From the NCBI GenBank assembly GCA_000182565.2, contig KQ257462.1: DNA of 64,000 bases; one strand, given 5' to 3'. The position numbers and the translations under genes are program-made. Positions 41,093 through 52,902 of this stretch are shown here, one piece after another. The notes under the pieces are model-generated. The model was not told the DNA's origin. It did no database searches and saw only the letters and a list, made by a program, of their open reading frames with translations. Source of the stretch: Spizellomyces punctatus DAOM BR117. Lineage: Eukaryota. Positions within the stretch are counted from its first letter, which is position 1. The number at the start of each line of letters is the position of its first letter.

Positions 41093-43561
41093 GCTTTTTC
41101 AATATGCTTTGATTGTATATACTCTTTACTAGTTTGAATTCATCTCTTCCTTTCCCCATATGGGCCAATAGCATTTATTGTTATGGTTCTCGAGGATTGT
41201 TTTCATGGCCCTTGTTCCCTTTTCTTCCTGGAATTGGCTCCTATTGTTTTATTCATGACTCTGAAAATGAGTTTTATGCAAGAATTCTAAAAGAGCAACG
41301 AGCACGAGCTAACGGGAGGCAAAAGGACAACGTGGAGGGCTGAAATCTTTGAAAGTTCGGGTTTTTCTTGGCTTGCAATTGTTTTCTGAACTGGCTCATG
41401 CTTTCTTCCGTATTCTTCCGCGAAAGGGCCAAGACTGAACTTTTGTCATTGCATGTGGTCAATTGACAAAAAGTGTTTTTTTGCGTGCATCATCGGAGGT
41501 CTAAATTGGCACTCCCTACGTCTGCCTTTCCATCGATGGTGGCCCTTGCGTGATTTGCAGATTGATTTTTCTCCTCGACACGGGCGTTTTCTTGTTTACA
41601 GGCCGGGCGTTATTCGGGAATAGCCCGGAGGTTGTTTATAGTTCAGAATTCGTTAGATTGCGCGGTCCATTTGCGCAGAAAGATCCAGTACCAAGGGAAG
41701 GATTTTGTAGTGTTTTTTTTGGGGTCATTGTCCCCCCACATTGTCCAATTGGGACATGTCCAGCAGGAACGTAAGGCCATGTGTGTGCACATTGCCCATT
41801 TGCAAACGGAGAGCCTGACAATACGACCCAATTGCCCAAAAACTAACCGCCCATTTGGGCTCATGACACACACTCTTTTCTATGGGGGATAGCCGGGAGG
41901 CAATCATCCACCCCCCCAATTTCCTTCTTATCTATGCTTTGTCCGTTTTATACCAGCAACTCTTTTTAAATAGAAACCGTTTCCCAACGTAGACATGATG
42001 GGGCGTTCCGTACACAAACCCTAGGGACTCTTTGCAGCACAGCCCACAAAAGTGTAAAAAAAATGGCTCCTACGTATTGTTGTTGCCTGACACGGCAAAG
42101 GAAATTAAACCAGTAGAAATGCGACCCTCCTGACCACTGCCCCATTGCGCCAGACAGAGAAGCCCCCCAAAAAGGGCGAAATACAAAACCAACTCACAAA
42201 GGCACTTTGCCAAAGCCCAAGAGAGCCAAGAGGATCTCACCAGAGTGTTCCAAAAGGGTATTTCATGTCGGATGTGTGCATTGAATGGAACACTTTATTC
42301 CTCGTTTGCCACAGATTTTGGGATAAACAGGGGAAGCCGCGCTGTGCAACGGGACTGTTTACCGTTCCTTTCACACTTGCAGGCCGATCCGTGGGTTCAC
42401 AAATCCGTTTGAGCGGAAGGTAAGGCCGCGCGCGGTGGGCGGAAGCGGGTGCTAGCTAAAGGATCGGAAGCGGGACCTAGTCTTAGGTTTTGATGTGTTT
42501 TGCATGTCAAACTCTACAAGTAACATTGTAATGTATTTTGGCGAAACACATGAGTGTCAAAAAAGAAAAATGCTAAAGTCATGCCAAGGACGTTGTTGAA
42601 AAAAAGGGCAAGATCCCATTTGGCACCACAACAACAAAAAAGTAACGCCCAAAAAGAATCTCTATGAAAGAAGATCATAACGCGCATTATTACAATGGCC
42701 GACCTGCATTGAAGGGGTTGCCATAAATAATAAACAAAAGAAAAGAAAGTCGAGGAAATTGAAATCCAAAAAAAAAACTGGGCGGAACATACCCAAAACA
42801 AAAAGTAAATAATAAAAAAAAACCGGAGGGGGAAGAAAAACTGGGTGTGCTCCCTCAAGTGCGCGCATGACGCGATGTGTCGCGATTCAAAGGTGTGAAG
42901 GTGTTCCATAAACAAAAACACAAAAGATGTCAGATCTTTTGGTTGAAAATGTCACTCTTTGAATGTGGAGAAAGCCAATAAGACGGATGGTGAGCTTGTC
43001 TTAATTGGATGAAAAAGGGTTTAGCGCTTAAAGTTCAACACTTGCGAGTTTCCTGTTCGTAAATATCCCCATCCGAAAAAAGGAATTGGAACACAAATTG
43101 AAAGTAGTCTGCGCAATTGTCGAACACAAAAGGCAGGGTCACCCCAACAAACCAACTTGTTCACTTCTGTGACCTTGATTTGTTGGGTCTTGAGTGTTTC
43201 CTTTCTATTGGGGAGTTGTTTAGTGTAGAGCAGTGTTCTTACGTTGTAAGCTGGCGACAAGTTGCTAGTTGTCATTTATTTTGTTGTGTTATTTTGTTTT
43301 ATTTCTTTTTTTTTTTTTGTTGGGAACACCTTTGTACGTCTCTCGCTCTCTCTCGCTCTCTCTCTCTCCCGCTTTCTCTACCGTTTGCTTCTTGGCGAAT
43401 GTTTTGCTTTTAAAGCAGGCAACATATACCCCTCACACGCAAAAAGACCCCTTCTCCCAGCTTATCGCCGGACGACAATTTTGGTTATCGGTAGCTTGTT
43501 GAGTTTTCCAAACTCTCGACCGCCCCGACCCCCATCATTCTGTTTTCGCTCTTCCTTGCTC

Positions 43562-44725
43562 ATGGCTCTGACCTTGTCAGTCTCTCGCTTTTCTGCCGAA
43601 GGTACCACCTTCGACTGTGTGGGCGCATCCCCAATGTCTGCCTCTGGAAACTACCCAACACCAGGCATGTTACATTGGCAGTCGCAAGGATGTTGGGGGC
43701 CCTCGGGGATCATCACAACTACCACAGCGGCGTCAACAGGGACAACGAATACGTCAGGAGCAGGTTATCCGTACTCTACGTCACCTGTAGAGTTTGAGTT
43801 TCCCACTCAAACTATGGATCATTCGCCATCCGACGCGTGGAACCCATCGTTCAGTATTCCCACTTTGGCAGCAGATTTGTCACCAACGCCCATTCCCGAG
43901 CCTACTTATGGAGTCGATCTCCAGGACACGGGAATCTTTATAGACAGCATGTTCTTTCACCATGACACGGCCAATGTCAAGTCTGCAGCTGTCGATATGT
44001 GTGCCATCCTTGCCGATACGGACGCCGAGGTCCAGAGTCCTGACGAACTCTCCAAGGATCAGGCCTATGTCGATCATGCGGACTGGACACGATCCGGGGT
44101 ACCTCCATCCCCCATTCACTTGGATAAACGGGGGATTGGGGAGCAGACACTCGACATGGACCCTTGGGAAATACCTTCAGAGCATCAGATACCCTTTACC
44201 CCCAACGGTCTTCACCCTCAAAACTCCCCACCTTTCAATCCAGTGTACAGCGCACCTCGGTACATGTATACGATGCCACCTGCATCCGCCCCGCCCTTGC
44301 ATTCACCATCAGCAACATCGCCACCTATCCAATCCCTCCCGATCCTCGTCCCAACAGCCCGAAACCCGGTCTTTGCGCCCTCTTCTTCACCCTCAGACAT
44401 TGGTTCCATCCCCTCTGCCCCAACCTCTCCACCCGTCTGCACAAATTGCGGAACAAGTCATACATCCCTCTGGCGACGCGACAAGACATCTGGCCGCAAA
44501 CTATGCAATGCGTGCAAACTATTTAGCGATCTGCATGGCGTGATGAGACCAGAGAGTTTATGGAAAACTGGCTTTGTCAAGCGACGAAGGCGAAATGGAT
44601 CGGGTGATTCTGATACGCTGGCACGTAAAAGGGGAGCTGGGGCTGGAAAGCGGAAAGTGATGGTACCTAGTCTTGTAAGAGATGTGAGGCTAGCAGATTT
44701 TGGCATGACACCAGGTGTGTCGTAA
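43562..44725 (+). CDS. GATA-type zinc-finger transcription factor (CX2CX18CX2C)
   Basis: CTNCGTSHTSLWRRDKTSGRKLCNACKLF...HGVMRP followed by basic KRRRR; Pro/Ser-rich N-terminal region. Confidence 0.9.
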   Translation: MALTLSVSRFSAEGTTFDCVGASPMSASGNYPTPGMLHWQSQGCWGPSGIITTTTAASTGTTNTSGAGYPYSTSPVEFEFPTQTMDHSPSDAWNPSFSIPTLAADLSPTPIPEPTYGVDLQDTGIFIDSMFFHHDTANVKSAAVDMCAILADTDAEVQSPDELSKDQAYVDHADWTRSGVPPSPIHLDKRGIGEQTLDMDPWEIPSEHQIPFTPNGLHPQNSPPFNPVYSAPRYMYTMPPASAPPLHSPSATSPPIQSLPILVPTARNPVFAPSSSPSDIGSIPSAPTSPPVCTNCGTSHTSLWRRDKTSGRKLCNACKLFSDLHGVMRPESLWKTGFVKRRRRNGSGDSDTLARKRGAGAGKRKVMVPSLVRDVRLADFGMTPGVS

Positions 44726-45563
44726 CGGCATTCATGTTTAATATTATATTTGTTTGGTCCACTATCATTACCACTGCTCTGGAGATTCTACCTGTGCAGT
44801 TTCCATTCAAATGTCTGATTCACATGTGCATGCTAGTGGTTAAACATGGTTGTCATATCCTTTTCAGCTGCCCCATAGCTCTTTCGTTTGTCATTTCAGT
44901 TCACAGCTAGTGGCAGCGGAGATTCAAAAGCGTTCCTTCTCGTAATAATCCGGATTAGTCAAGTTCGAACCATGTCCTACTGGATGCGGTTTATTTGGCA
45001 CCTTTGAACCTTGGACGGTTTGGGGGCTGTTTGTGTGTATTTCTTCAAACAACAAATATCAAGCCTCCAAAGAGCGGTTACGAAAATGACGAGAGTTGGT
45101 GTGCCTTTGGATCAGGTGGTGGGCAACTACGATGCCTGCAAAGGTTGACAGCGGGCGACACTCTGCCATGGATGTCAACTTTTGTGCGTTTTGGAAGGTC
45201 CTTGGCCGTCCGGTCACCATGCCTGTGTCTTCATAAAAGGAGGCTATGCTTCCGAGCAAGTCATATGCGGGTTTAGGGAATAGGGGATGTTCCCCCCCCC
45301 CCCCCCATGACAAAAATCATCTGAAACACCGCTGATATGGATATGTGACGTTGAGCACCAGATGTGACTTTGTGATATCGATTAAAAGTACTTTGTAGCT
45401 AGCTCCTTATGCCGATCTCGCGTGGTCAAGGCATGTGCACATCTCCATAGCAAGTATCCATCTTTGTTCACAAAAGGGAAAACGAAGCACGAGAAACCCC
45501 TCGTTCAAAATGTTGGCAACAGCAAAACGGTGAAATTCGTACACAGAGTTACAAAATGTGTCA

Positions 45564-46479
45564 TCAATTCAAGCCAGCAGCTATCATCTCGTCAATCTCC
45601 ATTCTTTCTTGGGTTAAAGCGCATGGGGTACATAGCAGGTGGCAGCAGCAGTCACCGCAGCTGTCGCCCTACCACGTGCAGAGATAAAAATAACCCGTCA
45701 GGTATGGCTTTTTAAGTCGGAATAAAAGGGTTGACAATAAGCCTTACCCGAATGTTATACTTTGCCCGAATTGTTGTTCGACCGCCACCCCCAACGCAAG
45801 AGTAAAGACCAAAGCAAGATGTTAGGGCGTACATAATACAGTCCTATTAACAAAGAAAAGCGATCAACATTTCCAACAAATATATGTTTCGGTTTTCGCT
45901 TTTTAGTAAAACTCACCCCAACCCAGCTTGAACGTCTACTCAGATCTTTCTTGTTCATTCCGTACACGACACATGGACAACAACATGCAAGGGCACAGAT
46001 ACCGCAGTTGCCGAAGCAATCAAAAATGGAATGATTCCAGTCCTTGGGTGGGCGGTGAACCGCTTGTGATACGACAACGACCTAATAACAAAAAGATGTC
46101 AGTATATCGAAAGTAGGTAGTCATCAATTTAGGGTGACTGGACTCTCTAATTATGGATCCATATTTAGAAAGCCCAATACAAACAGCAGTGAAAACCTAC
46201 ATTCGTGGTTGGGAGTGCGGTGACAACTCCAACCTGGGTCATAGCAGGTTGGGCAGTATAGATCGGCTAATCATATTCGGACGATCAGATCAAATCTTGA
46301 AAAAAAAGACCTTTGCTATCTTTTGGGCTGCCTTTAATGAAAGATGGGATACCTACTTGTGGGACATAGTTCGGCTGCGGAGTGGCATACACGGTCTGCT
46401 GCTGGATAGGCTGAGAATAAGCTGGTGGGTACACCTGCGGTTGACCGTAGGCTTGTGGAGGGGCTTGAGGAGCATACAT
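45564..46479 (-). CDS. PLAC8-family Cys-rich protein with Pro/Gln/Tyr-rich N-terminus; 5 short exons (mostly absent from the ORF track)
   Basis: Spliced translation: MYAPQAPPQAYGQPQ...KDWNHSIFDCFGNCGICALACCCPCVVYGMNK...RTTIRAKYNIR|GDSCGDCCCHLLCTPCALTQERMEI...LN*. Confidence 0.9.
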
Positions 46480-47737
46480 GATACAAATGCGATTTGGAAC
46501 TTTTCTTCGAGAGAGCAAATGAGTTTGTCGATGACCCATACCCTCTCCCTCCAATTAACTTTATGAATATGAAGTTCTCGAATGCATCGGAATCAGGTAA
46601 GCGAGGCGCGCTTCGTCAAACTCCGCTTTTTTTCTGCTCGAAGAGAGCGTTCGGTATTTTCTACAACCTGATGGACTACCAGATAGCGAGTATCAACCTA
46701 TGAATATCATCAACCGTGAATAGGATTCTGGTGGATTGATGAACTTTTCATGATCAATCGGCGGAAGCAATGTTAAATTGCCTCCATCGTCTTGATCTTC
46801 TCGTAGAACTTGACCAGGGAGGCACTGAGACAAACACTTTCAGGTGTCAAAGGACGCAATCAAGGACGCCAGCAAAGAACGCCAAAAGAAAAATGGGTAA
46901 TTGCACGTAATGGAACCGCAATCTAACGATTCTGCGCTAGTTCATCTCTTGACTTTGCCGAAAAGAGGTTTTGTACACGACGCCCAGGGAGCGCAGACCG
47001 TACCAAATCAAGTCGAGTGTGAACAATGACCTTGCAAGGTTCACAGGTTCAGCATTCTCGTTCCATGCAAATTCAAGTACAAAAAGTCGAAAACGAGCTC
47101 GCAGAAAGCGTCAGCAATATCAAGCCCCCGATGCTGTGCTGACAAGAACTTGCGCTGAACAGAAGCAAACGAAGAATGTAATACTGGAATGTTTGGTTCT
47201 CGGTACCGAATACTTTTCCATTCATTAGAATCAAATTTTACGTGGAATTTATTAATGAATAAAATTTCTTTGAAATTCTTTGTTACCGGGTGCTCGGAAT
47301 GGAGTGTCGGACTCTTTCGGACAACATGCAAATCACGCTTTTGGAGGGCTGGAAATTTCACACTTTTTGTGGTCCCCATCCTCGTTAAAAGCGGACTTGG
47401 CTGCAAACGGCTTTAGATTTTGGGGCAATCTTCCAAATGCGTGCAGTTTTAGCGGGTCCTTGTTGGTGGGAGGTGAATGCTCCTTATGCATTGTCCTCTC
47501 CTTTTAGGTTGGAAAGACGCTTGTAAACCGTTGTTTATTGAAAATTGATTGAAATTCGTAATGAATGGACGCACACACGTCGGGCCAAGAAGAGGGAACT
47601 AGACTTGCATAAAACAAGGGTTTAAGAAAAAGCGCAGTCAGAGCGGAAAAGAATGAGGGCAAGATTATTCAGCAGCACGCATTTGCCCCCCGCAACAATC
47701 TCTGATCCCCGCTCCCCTCCCCTCCCCCGCACACCCG

Positions 47738-47795
47738 CACACACACACACAACACACACAGATAGACGTATACACACACGCACACACACACACAC
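47738..47795. repeat. (CA)n-rich microsatellite upstream of the second cyclin gene
   Basis: Interrupted acacac tracts seen directly. Confidence 0.7.
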
Positions 47796-48295
47796 AAGGG
47801 CAAAATTCAAAGAAAAAAAACGGAGAAGGGCGGACGGGAGATGGAAGGTGGAAATTACACGCAATTGGCAACCTTTAACAAAATATTATCCTTCTCCTGT
47901 CCCAAAACTCTCCCTTCTTCCTCATATCAACAAGTTTTTCACTTTTATTTCCAACGCTTTCATAGCGTGGCAATAAGAGGGGGAGAGCACACTGTGGTTG
48001 GTAGAGGTTGTTGTTTTCCGCCTCCGGGTGCAACCGGTCGTCTATATCTCTCGGGGTGTATGGTCTAGACACACGCACACTGCTTGTCGTTCTTGGTCCT
48101 CGGGGATTTTTTTCCCGTTATTCATATTAAACGATAACAAGAGCTCTCTTTCCTCCCTACAAAACCACAAACCTTGGACAGAGTGAATTCACTGAATTCA
48201 ACGTGCCGCCATTGTCTTGACACTTTATTGGAATCTTCCATTCTCCGCCCGCCATTGCGCACGCTGCTGTGGCAGTTTCTTTTGACTCGGAAAAC

Positions 48296-49883
48296 ATGGC
48301 CGTACCTTCTGTCATGCATACTCAAGCATGTCACTCTAGCGGATATTGTGTACCACAGTGCAAAGTTTCCCACTCGGCCAACACAGCACTGTCTCTCTCC
48401 TCGGCTCCGCCCCCGGTCAACGGCGTAGTAACCTTCACCGCAAACGACCATTATACCATGCCACCGGCAGTAACGTCAACTCGTCCTCGCAGTCATATTC
48501 CAATACCTGTCAACTCATCCATATCCCGCAGGTGTGTATACTTTCTGGTTCTGGCGTAGACATTAGCGTATTTGCTGACTCCATGCTATCTTGATATATA
48601 ACAGCTCCGACATCCCAGCCAGTTCTAGCACACTTGGTCCTTTTGTACCTGTCAGTGCCAGTAATCCTTTCGAGTTTTCTGCCATGCTCATCCCACGAGA
48701 ACAATGTCATCAATCCCCATCCCCACCCGCAACATCCACTCGATCTGAGCGCTGGCTGCTGTCAAGCAACAGAGACCTAGCGCGGCTCGCTGTTCTCATT
48801 GTCACTTTGCTCTGCGAACCGGAAGGGATACCTTGCACCGTGCCGCACAATGTGTCGGGACAGGACACGAGCGATCCAAAGTTGGTCTCGTTCACAGAAC
48901 AAGTCCTTCGGGCAACGAATCTCTACGTCTCATCAGTCTATGTTGCATTGTGGTACATGTGGCAGCTTCGCTGCTTGCGCTGTAATGGAAATGCAGACTT
49001 TTCGGCTCGATGGGCCGCGCATACACTCTTGGGCAAGATCAAGGAACGAGAAGATGGTGCCTTGACGTTGATCACCCTTGCGCTCATGTTGGCAAACAAG
49101 ATACAAGATGACCATACGTACACCAATCGCACATGGAATCAACTTACCAAGATCCCATTAGAAGAGCTCAATAGCCTCGAACGTGGATACCTGAGAGCGC
49201 TCGGCTATCGGCTGCAATTGAGTGACGTGGACTTTTCAATGTGGCGAGCCAAAGTCGACGCATTTTGGGTGCGCAGGGCTGGCGGCATTCCACGACCATT
49301 GAGCAACACGCTCAAGCCTCGCAAGTCTCAATCGCTCACACACGCACAAACGTACGCACCACCGACTACCAAACGAAACGTACCATTGCAAGCCAACGAT
49401 CACTTTATCTATCACCAGCAGCAGCACATCATCCCCACCAGCTTTCAAACCCAGCAGCAGCACACACTTCATCAAGCAACTATCGGTCCCACACACACCA
49501 GTATACCTTTGGTACCATCAGGCTTCGATCATCCTTTCCCCACACGCGCATTCCTTCCAGTGAGCTTTGCAGTTCCACCCGCGGTCACCGCAACAACCCC
49601 ATCTTATACCTTTGGTCCCCCACCTGGTCTCAAGGCACGGCGCACAGGGCGACCTTCATCTATCTCGACACTACCCAAAGGGTGTGCGTGTGGCATGCAG
49701 CACGGCTCACCCCTGTCATCATATGGCTGCAGTCTGGCAATTTCACAAACGGGCGTTCCTCTACCGTCGCATATGGATTACCAGGGCGCACCTGCTGCCG
49801 AAATTGGGATGCTATATCCATACGAAACCACTTACACTACGAATGGAATGTTTGGACATGAAACAGTCGAGACCTGCATGTAA
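48296..49883 (+). CDS. Pho80/PCL-family cyclin (Clg1-like) with low-complexity tails; 2 exons
   Basis: FTEQVLRATNL..SSVYVALWY, LALMLANKIQDDHTYTNRTW and ELNSLERGYLRALGYRL. Intron ~48532-48604. Confidence 0.85.
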
Positions 49884-50187
49884 GCAGATAACTTTGGACG
49901 TCCGGATATTTGGAGAAGAATGGAATAAATGTAGACGGAAAGGGTATACCTGAATCGGAATTCAAAGCTTTATAATGCACCGATTCAACAAAGATGATGG
50001 GAGAAGGAATAATAATAATAATAATATCTCTGTAACTTGCGCTTTAGTACTGTTTGAGGGGACGATGGCCTATATAATATAACAGTTTGCTTGTCCCAAG
50101 TTGGTTCCACTCGAATTAAATGTGTACCTAATCAGTCTGGTTTGGATGCTGGTGGAAGCGAACCTGGCGATCCTGGAGCATTCCGAC

Positions 50188-51478
50188 ATGAAAGTAGGTA
50201 AGTGGTGGCCTTCTCAGGCTCCTTTCTATTTGTACTGTCTTCCCGGCCATCAGAGGGGGGATTGGTCAAAGTATTTTTTAAGCCGACCGCCTCAAATCGC
50301 ATTTCATTTCCAGCGTGTTTACAGTTCTCCCCGCAACATGGTCAACCAGATCTGAACCGAAGGCGAGCGGACGAACTGATACGAGAATCAGGGTTGGTGT
50401 TCTCTCTTTCCCGTTGATTTAAAACTTTAAATAAACTAGTCTTTTCTGTTGCGAGCTCAAACACTAATGTCATTTTTGCAAAATCAACTAGTTTGAGCGC
50501 TCAAAATGTGGACATTCTCGTCTTGCCCGAGATGGCCTTTTCCGGTTACATTTTCGAAACCCGACAAGACGTGACACCCTATGCGGAATCATCAGAGAAT
50601 GGAGAGACATTGCAGTGGGCGATCTCATGGGGTAACCTTAAAAGTCTTTTGTTCGCTCAACACTTGCCCATTTGTAATGATCTAATTGAAACGTGCAAAA
50701 AAAGCTAGGCAGTTGAGTGCCTATATCCAGGTCGGTTATCCTCGAATAGAACAATCTACAACCGGACCATCTCCACTGCTGTACAATTCTGTTTACCTCG
50801 TATCACCGGATGGTACGCTGGTCCGAACATATGATAAACATTTTCTGTATGAGAAGGATGAGCGATGGGCGGAAGAGGGGTTTGGGTTCTGTGCTTTGGA
50901 GTGCCCCGGTTTGGGAAAGGTGTGTAATGCGTTTTGTTTAGTGGTCTTTTATTATTTTTTACAAAAGGAGCTGAACAGGGGCCTTTCTTGATGATAGGTG
51001 GGCTTGGGGATATGTATGGACTTGAACCCATACCGCTTCATGGCCCCCTTTGATGCATACGAATTTGCAAACTTTCAACTCGAAAATGAATCGCAAATAA
51101 TACTATGTTCTATGGCGTGGATTTTGTCTCTACCAGCCGATGACGACTCGGTAGTGGATGACATTGAGCACGAGTCCATATCAATAACACCAGTGATGGA
51201 TACTGTTAAATACTGGGCAATGAGACTAATGCCTTTGATACAAAGCCGGCGTCGAATCATTTTTGTTGCTGCTAATAGAATAGGCGAGGAACAAGGTCGT
51301 GAGTTTCTTGACTAAAACGTTTTATTCAAGTGTTTGCAATGTTGTTTATCGTTCTTGAATTCTAGGGACAGTCTTTTGTGGAACTAGTTGTGTAATGGAG
51401 TTTATTGATGGACGAATACAGCTGCAAGGTGTTTTGGGAAGATCCGAGGAGGGGATCTTGTGTGTTGAAATTCAATAA
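50188..51478 (+). CDS. NTA1: Protein N-terminal Asn/Gln amidase (nitrilase superfamily), multi-exon
   Basis: MKV|ACLQFSPQHG, DILVLPEMAFSGY, YNS, YDKHFLYEKDERWAEEG, GICMDLNPYRF..PFDAYEFA, SMAW, YWAMRLMP, NRIGEE and FCGTS. The E-K-C triad is present. Confidence 0.93.
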
Positions 51479-51775
51479 ACCTTTCGATAAGTGATAGGTG
51501 ATGAAACATTGACGGACAGATGGTGGACTCTATTTTATCGCAAATGATATGTTCAGACCTGGAACTTTTGTGGCTAGCCGGATCCAAGAATGAGAGAGGT
51601 CTGGAATCGTTGAATCTGCCATGGTGGATCCCGTATGGATGTTGCCGCTCGTGCATCCAAAAATGAAGGAGATTGTATTCCCTATAGCGCTTTCCTTTGC
51701 GACCATACGAAAGAAGCGGCCAAGGCCCAAGAAAAACAAGCCAGAAGGTCAGGTACTGTTCAATAAATAGTCTAT

Positions 51776-52902
51776 TTAACGGTCCGACTCGTCAACAATG
51801 ACGACACTCCTCGCCAAATCCCGTGTCCGTCCATGCTGATCTACAAACGACACGCAGGTATCCACTGTCTCATTCACATGTCCCGTTTCATCGGTCACCG
51901 TCCGCGCTTCAGCCGTCACGGTCAACATAATGTTTTGCCCATCTACACTAGGAGTACACGCACTGACACGTCCTACCCCATTTTGAGCTTCATGGGCCAA
52001 AGATGCTGCCTTGTTGGCGGCCTTTTCACCCATAAGGAGAGCCTTAATGTCCACGTCGAGGAGGGAGCGAAGATGTTCAAGGTCTTGCTCGCGAATGGAG
52101 CCGTGGGGAAGGACTAGGTGTGAGGTTGCTGAAGAGTGTCGGGATGCTTCCAGAGCGTCGAGGACGGCCTTTTCGAGCTCTATGAGATGGGGGTCTGGTG
52201 CATGCGGTGCTAATATGCGCATGGAGTGGCATAATCCCAATAGGTCTATTGTGGACAATTAAGTGAAATGTTCAGCACATGTCAATGGATGAATATACGA
52301 CTTACAATCAGCATTCCATCCACTGGGCCCTTTGGTCTCTGCTATTTGTTTCGCCATCAACTCCAAATCCACTGGTCCCAAAAAACTTTCATTGTCCCCT
52401 GTGGCCACATATACCATGGCATCCTTTACAACCGGCAAATCATTCCCCTCGGCATCCTTCCCACCGTCAGGGTGATACACGTCAGATGTAAATATTTGAT
52501 ACCCATTCTTTTCTCTATGGTCTAAATGCGCCTTGACCGATTCCACTTTTTCGTCGGGTATCTTGTATGCGACACCCCAGCAGCAGTCTGTAGGAGAATG
52601 TTTGTGTGGGTCCGCCATGCCATAAGTGTGGAGCCATTCTTCGTACGGGATAAGTGTCACGACTCGTCCCGGTGAGGAGGGGGTCCCGCGGTGGTCAGTA
52701 CTGCCTTGCCAAAATCGTCGGACGTAGCCGCGCACGTAACCAGGGATGCGCTTTTCGTAGGGAAAGTCTAGACAATGCACATTCCACCACCAAAAACGTC
52801 AGAATGTAAGGAATGGCGGAATGCATAAAGACAAAACCACGAACGATAATAATGTACGGTACCTACTTTCCAGACCAGAGAACCATATCCGAATACCCAC
52901 AT
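51776..52902 (-). CDS. GCG1: ChaC/Gcg1 glutathione-specific gamma-glutamylcyclotransferase with C-terminal extension; 3 exons
   Basis: MWVFGYGSLVWK, RRFWQGSTDHRGTPSSPGRVVTL, WGVAYKI, LDHREKNGY and GPSGWNAD|YL. Confidence 0.93.

Noticed and set aside
41250-41315. ATGA...AA...GA patterns downstream of the SelO TGA as a possible SECIS
   Set aside because: Helix II pairs poorly or is too short by eye, and the TGA is not at the homologous Sec position.
46700-47510. ORF 47041-47406 and neighbours
   Set aside because: No homology cues and inconsistent splice phases.
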